DNA of 64,000 bases from a bacterium. Its GTDB lineage: Bacteria > Zhuqueibacterota > QNDG01 > JAFGCO01. Of the stretch, positions 10,960 through 20,050 are shown in pieces (positions within the stretch are counted from its first letter, which is position 1; each line of letters opens with the position of its first letter). Location: NCBI GenBank assembly GCA_016932575.1, contig JAFGCO010000006.1, forward strand, positions 16,238 to 80,237, given 5' to 3'. The translations under genes were made by a program, and so were the position numbers. Under the pieces are notes generated by a model. The model searched no databases, had not been told where the DNA came from, and saw only the letters and a list, made by a program, of their open reading frames with translations.

Positions 10960-11802
10960 ATGAATTTCAGCGTTATATTGGCAATGATCATTATGGGAGG
11001 ATTGGGATTAATTTTTGGTGCCTGGCTGGCTGTGGCCTCGCGTGTTTTCATGGTTAAGCGTGACCAGCGGATTGCTTTGATTGAAGAAGCCTTGCCAGGA
11101 GCCAACTGCGGTGCCTGTGGTGCGCCCGGATGCAGCGGTTTCGCAGAAGGCGTTGTGAAGGGCGTATATCCGGTGAATGGTTGTACGGTTGGCGGTGCTG
11201 ATGTGGCTGCCAAAGTGGCCGAAATTATGGGAACCAAGGCTGGAGAAACAGTACTCAAAGTCGCTGTTGTACGGTGCCGCGGGGATCATGAAAATGCCGT
11301 CGATCGTGCTCAATACACAGGGATTCAGGATTGCCGGGCAGCTGTCCAGATCAACAATGGTCCGAAAGGATGCGAATATGGATGCCTTGGCCTGGGTACA
11401 TGTGCAGCAGTTTGCCCGTTTGATGCCATTAAAATGAGCGAAAATGGCCTTCCTGTGGTGGATGAAGCATTGTGCACAGGCTGCGGAGAATGTGTCAAGG
11501 CATGCCCGAGAAATATTATGGCTCTGCTGCCAAGAGATCAGAAGATTTATCTGGCCTGTGTGTCCAGGGATTTTGGTAAAGCAGTGAAAGCCGTATGCAA
11601 GGTCGGCTGTATTGGGTGTACATTGTGCGCCAATCCAAAAACGACAGCCAATGAAATCATTACCATGGAGGGGAAATTACCGGTCATTCACTATGACAGA
11701 GTGAATGATCCGGTGGGAGATCTTCAGAATGCTGTTGAAAAATGCCCGACAAAAAGTTTTGCTGTCAGAGACACCAGCGGCAAGCAAAAGAAAAAACAAT
11801 AA
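10960..11802 (+). CDS. rnfB: Rnf electron transport complex subunit B (polyferredoxin)
   Basis: N-terminal TM, LPGANCGACGAPGC, CEYGCLGLGTC..VCP, CTGCGEC..ACP, C.VGCIGC..C. Confidence 0.9.
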   Translation: MNFSVILAMIIMGGLGLIFGAWLAVASRVFMVKRDQRIALIEEALPGANCGACGAPGCSGFAEGVVKGVYPVNGCTVGGADVAAKVAEIMGTKAGETVLKVAVVRCRGDHENAVDRAQYTGIQDCRAAVQINNGPKGCEYGCLGLGTCAAVCPFDAIKMSENGLPVVDEALCTGCGECVKACPRNIMALLPRDQKIYLACVSRDFGKAVKAVCKVGCIGCTLCANPKTTANEIITMEGKLPVIHYDRVNDPVGDLQNAVEKCPTKSFAVRDTSGKQKKKQ

Positions 11803-11816
11803 ACGGAACCAGAACC

Positions 11817-12545
11817 ATGAAAATTTTCAGATCTATAAATATACGATTGTCTGGTTTGAGTGTTATTGTGGCAGCTTTTCTTTTTGCTGAAAATGGGTAT
11901 TATATAGAAGAAAAAGTGACGACGCCTCCTATTTTCGGATTACCAGCGCAAACCCATTTCACGAAAACCTGGATTACGGACACACATCTGCGGCGCGATG
12001 AGGGTGATAAAAATCAAACCCTGTTAATCGACACCCGGAAAAATCAAGCCTGGCTGGTTCGACATCAGGACAGCACAATGATCAAGATGGATATAGCCAC
12101 ATTTCAGGGAATGGCTTTGATGACCATGATGATGTTCGGAGTTACATATGACACTTTAACAGGTGAACCGATCATTCCGGATTCGATTTTTTATAAAACC
12201 GGCAGACAGCGGCATGTCGGAGAATGGGATTGTCATGAAGTGGTCATTCACAGCCGTCGTCCGGATTCGGGCGATAAGAGGAATCACCGCGTGATAATGT
12301 GGGTGACAACCTCCCCGGATCGTCCGTTGTATGCATCGATTTTAAGAACCATGATGGGGCCCATGGTCAGACAATATGCTTTCTTTTTTGATCAGCTGGA
12401 ACGGCTGGGCGGATATCCCGCCGAGCTTCATACGCGGGCCATGGGTGTGGAAGTTACGCAGAAATTGTTATTATTGGAAGAGCGGGACATTGCTGACTCA
12501 TTTTTTCAATTACCGCCAGGATACCAGTCCGAAGAGACCCCATAA
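11817..12545 (+). CDS. Exported protein, DUF4412-like
   Basis: Signal-like N-terminus from ATG 11817; KTG....GEWDC, MWVT, GYP, S.FQLPPGY pattern. Confidence 0.6.
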   Translation: MKIFRSINIRLSGLSVIVAAFLFAENGYYIEEKVTTPPIFGLPAQTHFTKTWITDTHLRRDEGDKNQTLLIDTRKNQAWLVRHQDSTMIKMDIATFQGMALMTMMMFGVTYDTLTGEPIIPDSIFYKTGRQRHVGEWDCHEVVIHSRRPDSGDKRNHRVIMWVTTSPDRPLYASILRTMMGPMVRQYAFFFDQLERLGGYPAELHTRAMGVEVTQKLLLLEERDIADSFFQLPPGYQSEETP

Positions 12546-12549
12546 TTTT

Positions 12550-14808
12550 TTATGCATTATTTTTTTTCAGATACATTAACACACTGATGCAGCCATTCAT
12601 GAGTGATAAGAGAAGCAGACAGTGAATAATCCCCAGAATGGGGATCAGCAATACAGAACATATAAACGCGCCAAATGCTGAACCAGACAAATCGGAACTA
12701 TAAAGAAATCCGGCCTGATGCGACAGTTCTTTTTTGGAATGGATGTAAAGATGGTTTGCCAGAACAAATTGGAACCCCCCCAGACTCCCTGCGAATAGTG
12801 TAAGTAATACAAACACGGGGGGAATCAATGAATGGAATGGTTGATGAAGCATCCATCGGCTGAAAAGGACCGTGCCGATACAGAGGAGAACATAAAGAGA
12901 CACGATTGCCTGAATTCTCCGAAAGGTCTCGAATCGGGCTTTCTTAAGTTGATACAGTTTCCATGCACGAAGACTGCCCAGGGAAAGTCCGAGCATATAA
13001 GAGGCGATCAGTATGGCGAGTATTTGATAAGTTGCTCCCCATAAAATTTGAAATCCGAGAATTAAAATAATCTCCAGAGAAATTTCGGTAAATCCCACGA
13101 TCCAGATGGACGCCAGGATATGCAGCTTTCTCCACCGGAGGGTTTTTTTCCATTGTTGCAACAGAAAAATAATCAGAAATAAGACGGCAATAAAAAAAAT
13201 CCAGCGGGACAGGTGAAGTTTGCTGAATTCCTGATATACTGTTTTAAATCCATGTGAAAAATGAGCGACCCATAATACTGTGTCGTAATAGTATCCCAGG
13301 GGTTTAAAATCTGTATTGCGTTGAGACGTGGGGTGAATTTGCTCCATAACCTGGGCAATCCGGTCACGACTTAGTGTATATTGGATGAAATAGTACCGAA
13401 TATACCGTGTTTGTAATCGCCGTTCATTGATACGGCTTTGCAGCCGGTCCGGATTTGAAAAGGTGAGCCCGGGCGTTGTTGAAGCAAGCCAGTGCTGGAC
13501 TTCCCCGGGTAAAATGGTCAGATCCGGAAATACATCCCGAACTGTGGCGGAAAGCATGCTGAGAAAATCAGACAATTCCGGATTGATAACATTTTCCTCT
13601 GCCCGAACCTGGAACGTGAATATCCCCTGGCTGTTCAGCCTATTTTTTACGGCTTTAAAAAATTCCAAAGTATAGAAACGGTTCAATTGATTGGTGTAGG
13701 GATTGGGCAGATTGGAGAGAATGACATCATATGATGTCCCATACCGATCGATGTATTGCCGGGCATCCATATGGTGAATATGGATACGGGGATCTGTCAC
13801 CAGGCTTTTCGCCCCGGGAATTTGACGCCGGATCATTTGTATTAATGCGGGATTGATTTCAACATAGTCGATATGCTGCACGGAGGGATGTTTAAGAATC
13901 TCGCGCAGCAAATCCACGCCGCCGCTGATTTGCAATACCCGTTTGGGAGCGGGATGCTGCAACAGGGCAAAATGGACAGAGGATTCAGCTGACAGCGGAT
14001 CGGGTGAAGTATACATCCAAAGACCATTTTGGTAAACATTGGTTTGGTCCTGGAGGCGGGTGATATGAATTTGTCCGTAGGGTGTATTTTTCGACAGTAC
14101 AATCGATTGATTGGGAAAGTATAATGCGTCCAGTCGGGTTTGTATGGATACTGAGAAATACCACAGGATGCAGTAACCCAAAAGGATCGGAAGCGTAAAC
14201 CTCAGGCGTTGTGTGTGGGGTGAAAGCAGGATCCATGCAGAAAAGAGGCTGAATCCTGAAAGAAAAAGGCCAATCTGAAAACTGTTCAAGGCGCGGATAA
14301 AAATAAAACTGGCCAGAAGACCCCCTAATCCCGCTCCAATTGACTCGAGAGTATAAACCCGGGGTGGTGAAAAGCGGCGGGTTTCATCTTCTTTCCAATG
14401 GCAAACCAGGGTATATAAATACCCGGATAACAGGCAGAATGGCCCCAGGACAATCGTCGTGATTATCAGCATGTGTGAAAACCCCGCCATTTCAGCGGCA
14501 GGAATACCGATGACAGATTTTGCGGAACGCACCAACCACAAGGTGCAGGGAATCACAAAAGCCCATGCGAGCTGGATGATGGCGATCCGATGTTGAACAC
14601 GGATTGGCGCAGGTAACAGCTTTGGAAGAAGTCCGCTTCCTGTGGCTGTCCAGATCAGCCAAAAAGCGAGAGTGGTTCCGATGCATAACTCATTTCCGTA
14701 AAACTGAGAAATCAGTTCCTGCATCATGAGTACCTGCATAGGGACCGAAATCATGCCAATGGCAATAATCGGTACTGAATTGAGTATTTGATTTTTATGA
14801 ATTTGCAT
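12550..14808 (-). CDS. Membrane protein with central spermidine synthase-like (class I SAM fold) domain flanked by MFS-like TM blocks
   Basis: Multi-TM termini (FYGNEL, YTLESIGA, YSSDLSGS); core TPYGQI, HPAPKRVL, VEINP, DAR, NRFYTLEFF. Confidence 0.8.
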   Translation of the reverse strand: MQIHKNQILNSVPIIAIGMISVPMQVLMMQELISQFYGNELCIGTTLAFWLIWTATGSGLLPKLLPAPIRVQHRIAIIQLAWAFVIPCTLWLVRSAKSVIGIPAAEMAGFSHMLIITTIVLGPFCLLSGYLYTLVCHWKEDETRRFSPPRVYTLESIGAGLGGLLASFIFIRALNSFQIGLFLSGFSLFSAWILLSPHTQRLRFTLPILLGYCILWYFSVSIQTRLDALYFPNQSIVLSKNTPYGQIHITRLQDQTNVYQNGLWMYTSPDPLSAESSVHFALLQHPAPKRVLQISGGVDLLREILKHPSVQHIDYVEINPALIQMIRRQIPGAKSLVTDPRIHIHHMDARQYIDRYGTSYDVILSNLPNPYTNQLNRFYTLEFFKAVKNRLNSQGIFTFQVRAEENVINPELSDFLSMLSATVRDVFPDLTILPGEVQHWLASTTPGLTFSNPDRLQSRINERRLQTRYIRYYFIQYTLSRDRIAQVMEQIHPTSQRNTDFKPLGYYYDTVLWVAHFSHGFKTVYQEFSKLHLSRWIFFIAVLFLIIFLLQQWKKTLRWRKLHILASIWIVGFTEISLEIILILGFQILWGATYQILAILIASYMLGLSLGSLRAWKLYQLKKARFETFRRIQAIVSLYVLLCIGTVLFSRWMLHQPFHSLIPPVFVLLTLFAGSLGGFQFVLANHLYIHSKKELSHQAGFLYSSDLSGSAFGAFICSVLLIPILGIIHCLLLLSLMNGCISVLMYLKKNNA

Positions 14809-15290
14809 TGTATCTTACATTATCCGGCTGATAAACAATGATCAATGGCTCCTCAGAGTTATCATGGCTATATTGCCAGACAGAATATTTCAGACCAGGT
14901 TATGTGATGTTTGTTATTTTGCCAAAAAGCGACAAAATCCAGGGAATCAATAAATATGTTGCTTCTTCCTGCGACCGTATTATATTAAAAGCAGGGATGA
15001 TGCAGTCCACGGTTCATCATTATTATAAAAAGAAACCACAGTACTTGCAAGTGTTATATCACTTGTTCCGGTTTACGAGATTGTCGTAAACCATTGTAAA
15101 CGGTATTTTAAACCTCCGAAAGGTTCAATAAGTTTAATATTCCCAATGTGCAATCTTAATTATAAAACCTCCCGGAGGTTTAACTTGCAACCTTTTTGAT
15201 AGTTACAACTAGAATTGGGACTCATTTAAAACCAGAATTTACGAACCGTATCAAAAAAACACATCGGATCAATAAATAAGAAGGAAACGA

Positions 15291-16739
15291 ATGATGCTTC
15301 ATGTTTACAATACGCTCAGCAAACAGAAGGAACCCTTCGAACCGGCCAATCCCCCGTTTGTGGGGATGTATGTATGCGGTCCGACGGTCTATGATGATCC
15401 GCATCTCGGACATGCCAAAAGTTACGTCAGTTTTGATGTTATCGTCCGTTTCCTTCGGGCGTTAAAATACAAAGTTCGTTACGTGCAAAACATTACAGAT
15501 GTCGGTCATCTTTTGGAAGATTCCGAAGACGGGGAAGACCGGATTATTAAAAAGGCCAAACTGGAAAAAGTTGAACCTATTGAAATCGCCCAAAAGTATG
15601 AGAGGCATTACTTTCATGATATGGATTTATTGAATAATCTTCGGCCCGATATTTCCTGCAGGGCCTCGGGATATATTCCAGAAATGATCGAGCTGGTTAA
15701 AACTTTGCTGGACAAGGGATATGCGTATGAAAACGAGGGAAATGTTTATTTTGATATCGCCAAATTTGAAGGTTACGGAAAATTGTCCGGACGCAAGATC
15801 GAAGATCTGCTGGAAGGTGTTCGTGATACAGTGGCTGAAGGTAAAAGGCATTCAGCCGATTTTGCTTTATGGAAAAAAGCGGATCCACAGCATATCATGC
15901 AATGGCTGTCGCCCTGGGGCCGGGGATACCCCGGCTGGCATCTTGAATGTTCCGTGATGTCCATGAAATACCTTGGAGAAAGTATAGACATCCATGGCGG
16001 CGGACTGGACAATCAGTTTCCCCATCATGAGTGCGAGATTGCACAAAGTGAAGCCGCTACAGGAAAACCCTTTGTGAAATACTGGCTGCATAACAACATG
16101 GTGACTATCAACGGCCAGAAAATGAGCAAATCATTGGGTAATTTCAAGGCGCTTCCCGATTTGTTTGAAACGTATGGCTCCATGGTCATCCGGTTTTTCA
16201 TTCTTCAGGGCCATTACCGCTCTCCGCAGGATTTTTCCGATCAGGCGCTTGATGCAGCCAAGGCGGGATTCACGCGGCTCTCGAAAATTGTTCAGGATAT
16301 TCGAAGCAGGATTGGAGAGACAGTCCAGAACCTTGAAGATTCAGAGCTTTCGGAACCCTGGAAGGGTTATAAACAGAAATTTTATGAATATATGGAAGAT
16401 GATTTCAATACGGCAGGTGCGGTTTCCGTATTATTTGATATGGCCAAAGAGTCCCAGGCGAGGCTGCAGTCCTCTCCGGAAAAGACAGATTTGGAATGTG
16501 CGGACAAATTGTTTCATGCGCTGGGAGAATCCATTCTCGGCCTGGCATTCAAATCCGAAAACGCCGTTTCGGGAACGGGCACTGCAGAATCAGAGCTCGT
16601 CGAATTTCTGCTTGAATTAAGGCAGGATTTTCGTGCAAAAAAAGACTGGGCCGCCAGTGATGCGATTCGCGACCGGTTAGGCGACATGGGGATTCTGGTG
16701 GAGGATGGAAAGGACGGGGCCTCCTGGCGGAAAGCGTAA
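15291..16739 (+). CDS. cysS: Cysteine--tRNA ligase
   Basis: CGPTVY, HLGH, GWHLECS, KMSKS, DDFNT. Confidence 0.98.
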   Translation: MMLHVYNTLSKQKEPFEPANPPFVGMYVCGPTVYDDPHLGHAKSYVSFDVIVRFLRALKYKVRYVQNITDVGHLLEDSEDGEDRIIKKAKLEKVEPIEIAQKYERHYFHDMDLLNNLRPDISCRASGYIPEMIELVKTLLDKGYAYENEGNVYFDIAKFEGYGKLSGRKIEDLLEGVRDTVAEGKRHSADFALWKKADPQHIMQWLSPWGRGYPGWHLECSVMSMKYLGESIDIHGGGLDNQFPHHECEIAQSEAATGKPFVKYWLHNNMVTINGQKMSKSLGNFKALPDLFETYGSMVIRFFILQGHYRSPQDFSDQALDAAKAGFTRLSKIVQDIRSRIGETVQNLEDSELSEPWKGYKQKFYEYMEDDFNTAGAVSVLFDMAKESQARLQSSPEKTDLECADKLFHALGESILGLAFKSENAVSGTGTAESELVEFLLELRQDFRAKKDWAASDAIRDRLGDMGILVEDGKDGASWRKA

Positions 16740-17283
16740 GCGGTCATAAATTATGTATTTCAGGTTTGATTATGTGTAACTTTCACTTGCACGACCACAA
16801 TGATCGTAACACACGATTTCTAATTTGTTATTTCACTCACTAAGGGCGCCTGGCGAATTTAACTGGCGAATATTACAATTGGTTCTTTTAAATCCGTTTG
16901 TTCTTTTAATGTCTTTACCAGGCATGCAATCAACCATATTTTTATCAGATCATGTTTATCGTATGATTCAGTCTTGCTAACAGCTTTAAGCATATCATTA
17001 AAAATTGAAAATTGCTTTCCAATATAAGATTTTATGTTCTTGTCATATGAACCACATCCCTCAAAGCATTGATGTTTTTCAGAATATGTAAATCATAAGA
17101 AGATGAGATCATGGCAATATACGAGGCAATATAAGAAAATCAAGTATTTTCAGGGGAGTAACTTTGGTCTGTTTCCTGTCGTTTTTTCTTTTTTTGTCTA
17201 ATGAGACATGAAATCCATTCGATAAAAGACGCCAATTTAATAATTCTATGGGATATTCATTGCCATTTCCCTGTCTTGCGTCT

Positions 17284-17465
17284 TCATGTATCAGCCAAAA
17301 AAAATCTCAGACCGAGCAAAAACATCCACGTGACATTTAATAATAAACCGCCCATCGCGAAACTCATTGCGACTTCACTGAGTTTGGGTATAAAAGATAT
17401 ACATATTTCATAGATTGACAGCATTGCAAAGCCCGTGATTCCTGCAAGAGCGAGGTTTATTTCTA
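17284..17465 (-). pseudogene. Remnant of a membrane-protein gene (DUF4386-like C-terminus)
   Basis: Minus strand reads ...LAGITGFAMLSIYEICISFIPKLSEVAMSFAMGGLLLNVTWMFLLGLRFF..*. No N-terminal portion found. Family resemblance is from recall only. Confidence 0.3.
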
Positions 17466-17675
17466 TGAAAGGAATATATTGAATTGATCAAAAATGCACA
17501 AGAAGATTCTAAAATTCTACAAGGCAAGTTAAGGTATCGATAACAGAATTTATTTAAACCATTAATTTGTATTATGCTCACGATTAAAGCACTTAACATA
17601 CTATTTTGATAAACTAAATATCCGTCAGATACCAAATATTATCAAAATTAATACAGATTGTAATATTATTTAAAA

Positions 17676-19034
17676 TCATTCACCGATATTTGATCTCCAA
17701 TGACATAGAGCTTTAAATGCCAGTATATCATTATTAAAATGTAAATGAGATGCAAGCTCTGGTGGTGTTGTAGCTATATCAGGCGGTTCAAGTGGTACAG
17801 GATCTATAAAGTCAATTCCTTTTTCTTTTAGGGCATGGGCCCATTCCATTTTCACCCACTTTGAATCCTTGGCTGCTCTTGACCAAAACAAATAAAATAT
17901 ATCGCTTTTATCAATTAATTGAAATAATTTGGATTTATATTTATCTCCTGACCGTAAAGCTATTATATCCATGAATATTTCTAAATCTGGTATAATTTTC
18001 CTCATTCCCGTAAGAATTGAAAATACTTCTTCACGATCCTCACTTGCATATGAAGGAAATACAGATCGATATCTCATTTCCTTATGACTTAAAGGTTTAC
18101 TTTCTAAAGATAATTCACCAACATGTATAACAAAATATAGCTTGGAAATCGGTATGCCATTTAAATAAATACTAATTCGACCTTTATAATTACCAAAGGA
18201 CATACTCTTTGGAGCTTTCACAATAAACGTTGCATTTCCAATATCTCCGTCCCAAAATATAGCATCTTCTGGATCGTCAATAATAAAGGGTGCTAAATCA
18301 ATTCTAACATTTAATAAAGAACCTTTTACAATGGATACTGGCCCTTTAAAATCAACTTGAATAGGTTTTTCATTGAAAATTATTTTTGATCGTTTAAGGA
18401 CTTCGTCCCTCTGTCTTTCTAGGTGTGCAAACAACTCAATTCGAAAAGTTGAACCAGGTTCTACGGTAGATAATGATGTTAATGTGAAATGCACTTTGTT
18501 GAATTTTTTATGTGGCATTTCTATTTTTTGATTTAAATCAGGCTCTACTATATCAAACACATATCTTTTAAGTTTATTTCTAGCACTACGAATAGCCCTA
18601 TCAAATGCTTCTTCACTAATTTGCATTTCCTTTATAATTTCTTTCGTACTTGCTTCCTGCATTATAATTGTCATTATTTTTCGTTCGGTATCATTTAAAT
18701 ATTTAAATGCTGCTTTAATCTTTTCAGTAAGATCTTCAGATTCAGAAAGAGAATCTTGTGAGAAATTATACACATTCCCTATAAATGGATCTACAGGATC
18801 TTGTACAGAGGAATTTTTCCTTCTGGCTTCAGTATTTTCTGGTTTTACTTCTGTTTCCCGACTCTTTTCAATCACATCAGATATTCTTCGCTTATATAGA
18901 TTTTCATACGTTTCATCTTCAATGTGCTTTTCCCGGCGCATCTGCCTGATTTTCTGCCTTCTTCGATCTAGATATTTATAATTTAAAATACTATGAGCCC
19001 ATTGAATGAACAATCCTTTATATTCCACTTCCAA
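17676..19034 (-). CDS. Sigma-70/ECF-like (region 2 end + region 4) - beta-rich linker - TIR domain fusion protein
   Basis: F.QW.HSI.N...D.RR (region 2-like); L...ER.I.....S..EI...M.IS......I..AR.KL (region 4 HTH-like); C-terminal VFPSYASED...FMD...LRSG...IDKSDIFYLFWS.AA..S.WV..EW (TIR). Start uncertain: TTG 19034 chosen because the ORF-track start at 19139 lies inside the MITE. Confidence 0.75.
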   Translation of the reverse strand: MEVEYKGLFIQWAHSILNYKYLDRRRQKIRQMRREKHIEDETYENLYKRRISDVIEKSRETEVKPENTEARRKNSSVQDPVDPFIGNVYNFSQDSLSESEDLTEKIKAAFKYLNDTERKIMTIIMQEASTKEIIKEMQISEEAFDRAIRSARNKLKRYVFDIVEPDLNQKIEMPHKKFNKVHFTLTSLSTVEPGSTFRIELFAHLERQRDEVLKRSKIIFNEKPIQVDFKGPVSIVKGSLLNVRIDLAPFIIDDPEDAIFWDGDIGNATFIVKAPKSMSFGNYKGRISIYLNGIPISKLYFVIHVGELSLESKPLSHKEMRYRSVFPSYASEDREEVFSILTGMRKIIPDLEIFMDIIALRSGDKYKSKLFQLIDKSDIFYLFWSRAAKDSKWVKMEWAHALKEKGIDFIDPVPLEPPDIATTPPELASHLHFNNDILAFKALCHWRSNIGE

Positions 19035-19084
19035 ACATCGAATTGATAAGATAATATATAGAATCCATAAAAAAATATTTCCCT

Positions 19085-19312
19085 CGTTCCCACGGTCTGA
19101 GACTGTGTGAAAATGGATAAAACCCCCTCCTCGATCCAAAGGAACGGATCGAGGTCCCCCTTATCAGGGGGACAAATTTTCTCTTCGATATGAAAAACGG
19201 AGAAACAGCGTATTGTAATATTGGAAAAAAACACAGTCAAAACACCCGGGGTTTGGCTATTTTCACACAAACTCTCTCCGTGGGAACGCATTCAATGACG
19301 CTTTCGCGTCAT
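19085..19312. repeat. REP-like palindromic element, split by a MITE
   Basis: Left arm CGTTCCCACGG (19085-19095) and right arm CCGTGGGAACG (19278-19288) are exact reverse complements; second hairpin ATGACGC-TTTC-GCGTCAT at 19295-19312. Confidence 0.75.
19099..19274. mobile_element. 176-bp MITE (non-autonomous IS derivative) with 16-bp TIRs and 3-bp TCT target duplication
   Basis: GAGACTGTGTGAAAAT (19099-19114) vs reverse complement of ATTTTCACACAAACTC (19259-19274): 14/16 match. TCT at 19096-19098 and 19275-19277. No transposase ORF. Confidence 0.75.
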
Positions 19313-19339
19313 AATATTATTGTTATGGGGCTTGTTCCC

Positions 19340-20050
19340 TTATTCATCGAAAAACTGATACCCTGCTCCACGGATACTTTTAATAAAGACCGGTTTTGAG
19401 GGATCTGTTTCGAAATATTTTCGAAGGCGCGAAATAAAGCTGTCCACGGTCCGGGTTTCAACCTCTGAACTGACGTGCCACACATTTTCGAGCAGGGCCT
19501 TTCTGGAGACGATCTTTCCTTTATGCAGAATGAGATACTTGATAACCATAGCTTCATGAGGGGTTAGACGGATTTCCTGTTTTTCTGTTTTGCAGACCAG
19601 GGTTTCAAAATTTATTTTATTATCTCCAAAGCAATAAACAGGGCCAATCTCAGACACATCCTGGTACCACTGTTTTCGCTTTAACATACCCCGAATCCGG
19701 AGCAGTAATTCCTGCAAATGAAAGGGCTTGGTTAAGTAATCATCTGCGCCGATCTCCAGCCCTTTAATGCGATCTTTGGCCGTGGTTCTGGCGGTGAGTA
19801 TGAGAATAGGCATTTGAGGGGATTTTTCACGGATTATTTCGGTCAGTTCGAAGCCGTCATAAAAAGGGAGCATGATATCCATGATGATTAAATCGAAGGA
19901 TTGATTCTGTATCAGATCAAGGGCAATCCGTCCGTCTTCAGCCCGGGTCACATGGTATCCTTCATGAGTAAGATTATATTCCAATCCGACTGCCAGGTTC
20001 TCCTCATCTTCAACCAGCAGAATGCGACTTTTTTCTTTTTCATTCTTCAA
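19340..20050 (-). CDS. OmpR/PhoB family response regulator
   Basis: ILLVEDE, DIMLP, GADDYLTKPF, RTVD.FI.RLR, IRGAGY. Confidence 0.95.
   Translation of the reverse strand: MKNEKEKSRILLVEDEENLAVGLEYNLTHEGYHVTRAEDGRIALDLIQNQSFDLIIMDIMLPFYDGFELTEIIREKSPQMPILILTARTTAKDRIKGLEIGADDYLTKPFHLQELLLRIRGMLKRKQWYQDVSEIGPVYCFGDNKINFETLVCKTEKQEIRLTPHEAMVIKYLILHKGKIVSRKALLENVWHVSSEVETRTVDSFISRLRKYFETDPSKPVFIKSIRGAGYQFFDE

Noticed and set aside
14809-15290. T-box leader upstream of cysS; ORF 14838-15089
   Set aside because: No T-box antiterminator motif recognised; the ORF has no convincing SD or motif.
19035-19399. ORF-track start at 19139 for the TIR gene, and ORFs 18983-19291 and 19190-19399
   Set aside because: They run through the REP/MITE hairpins and give non-protein-like sequence.
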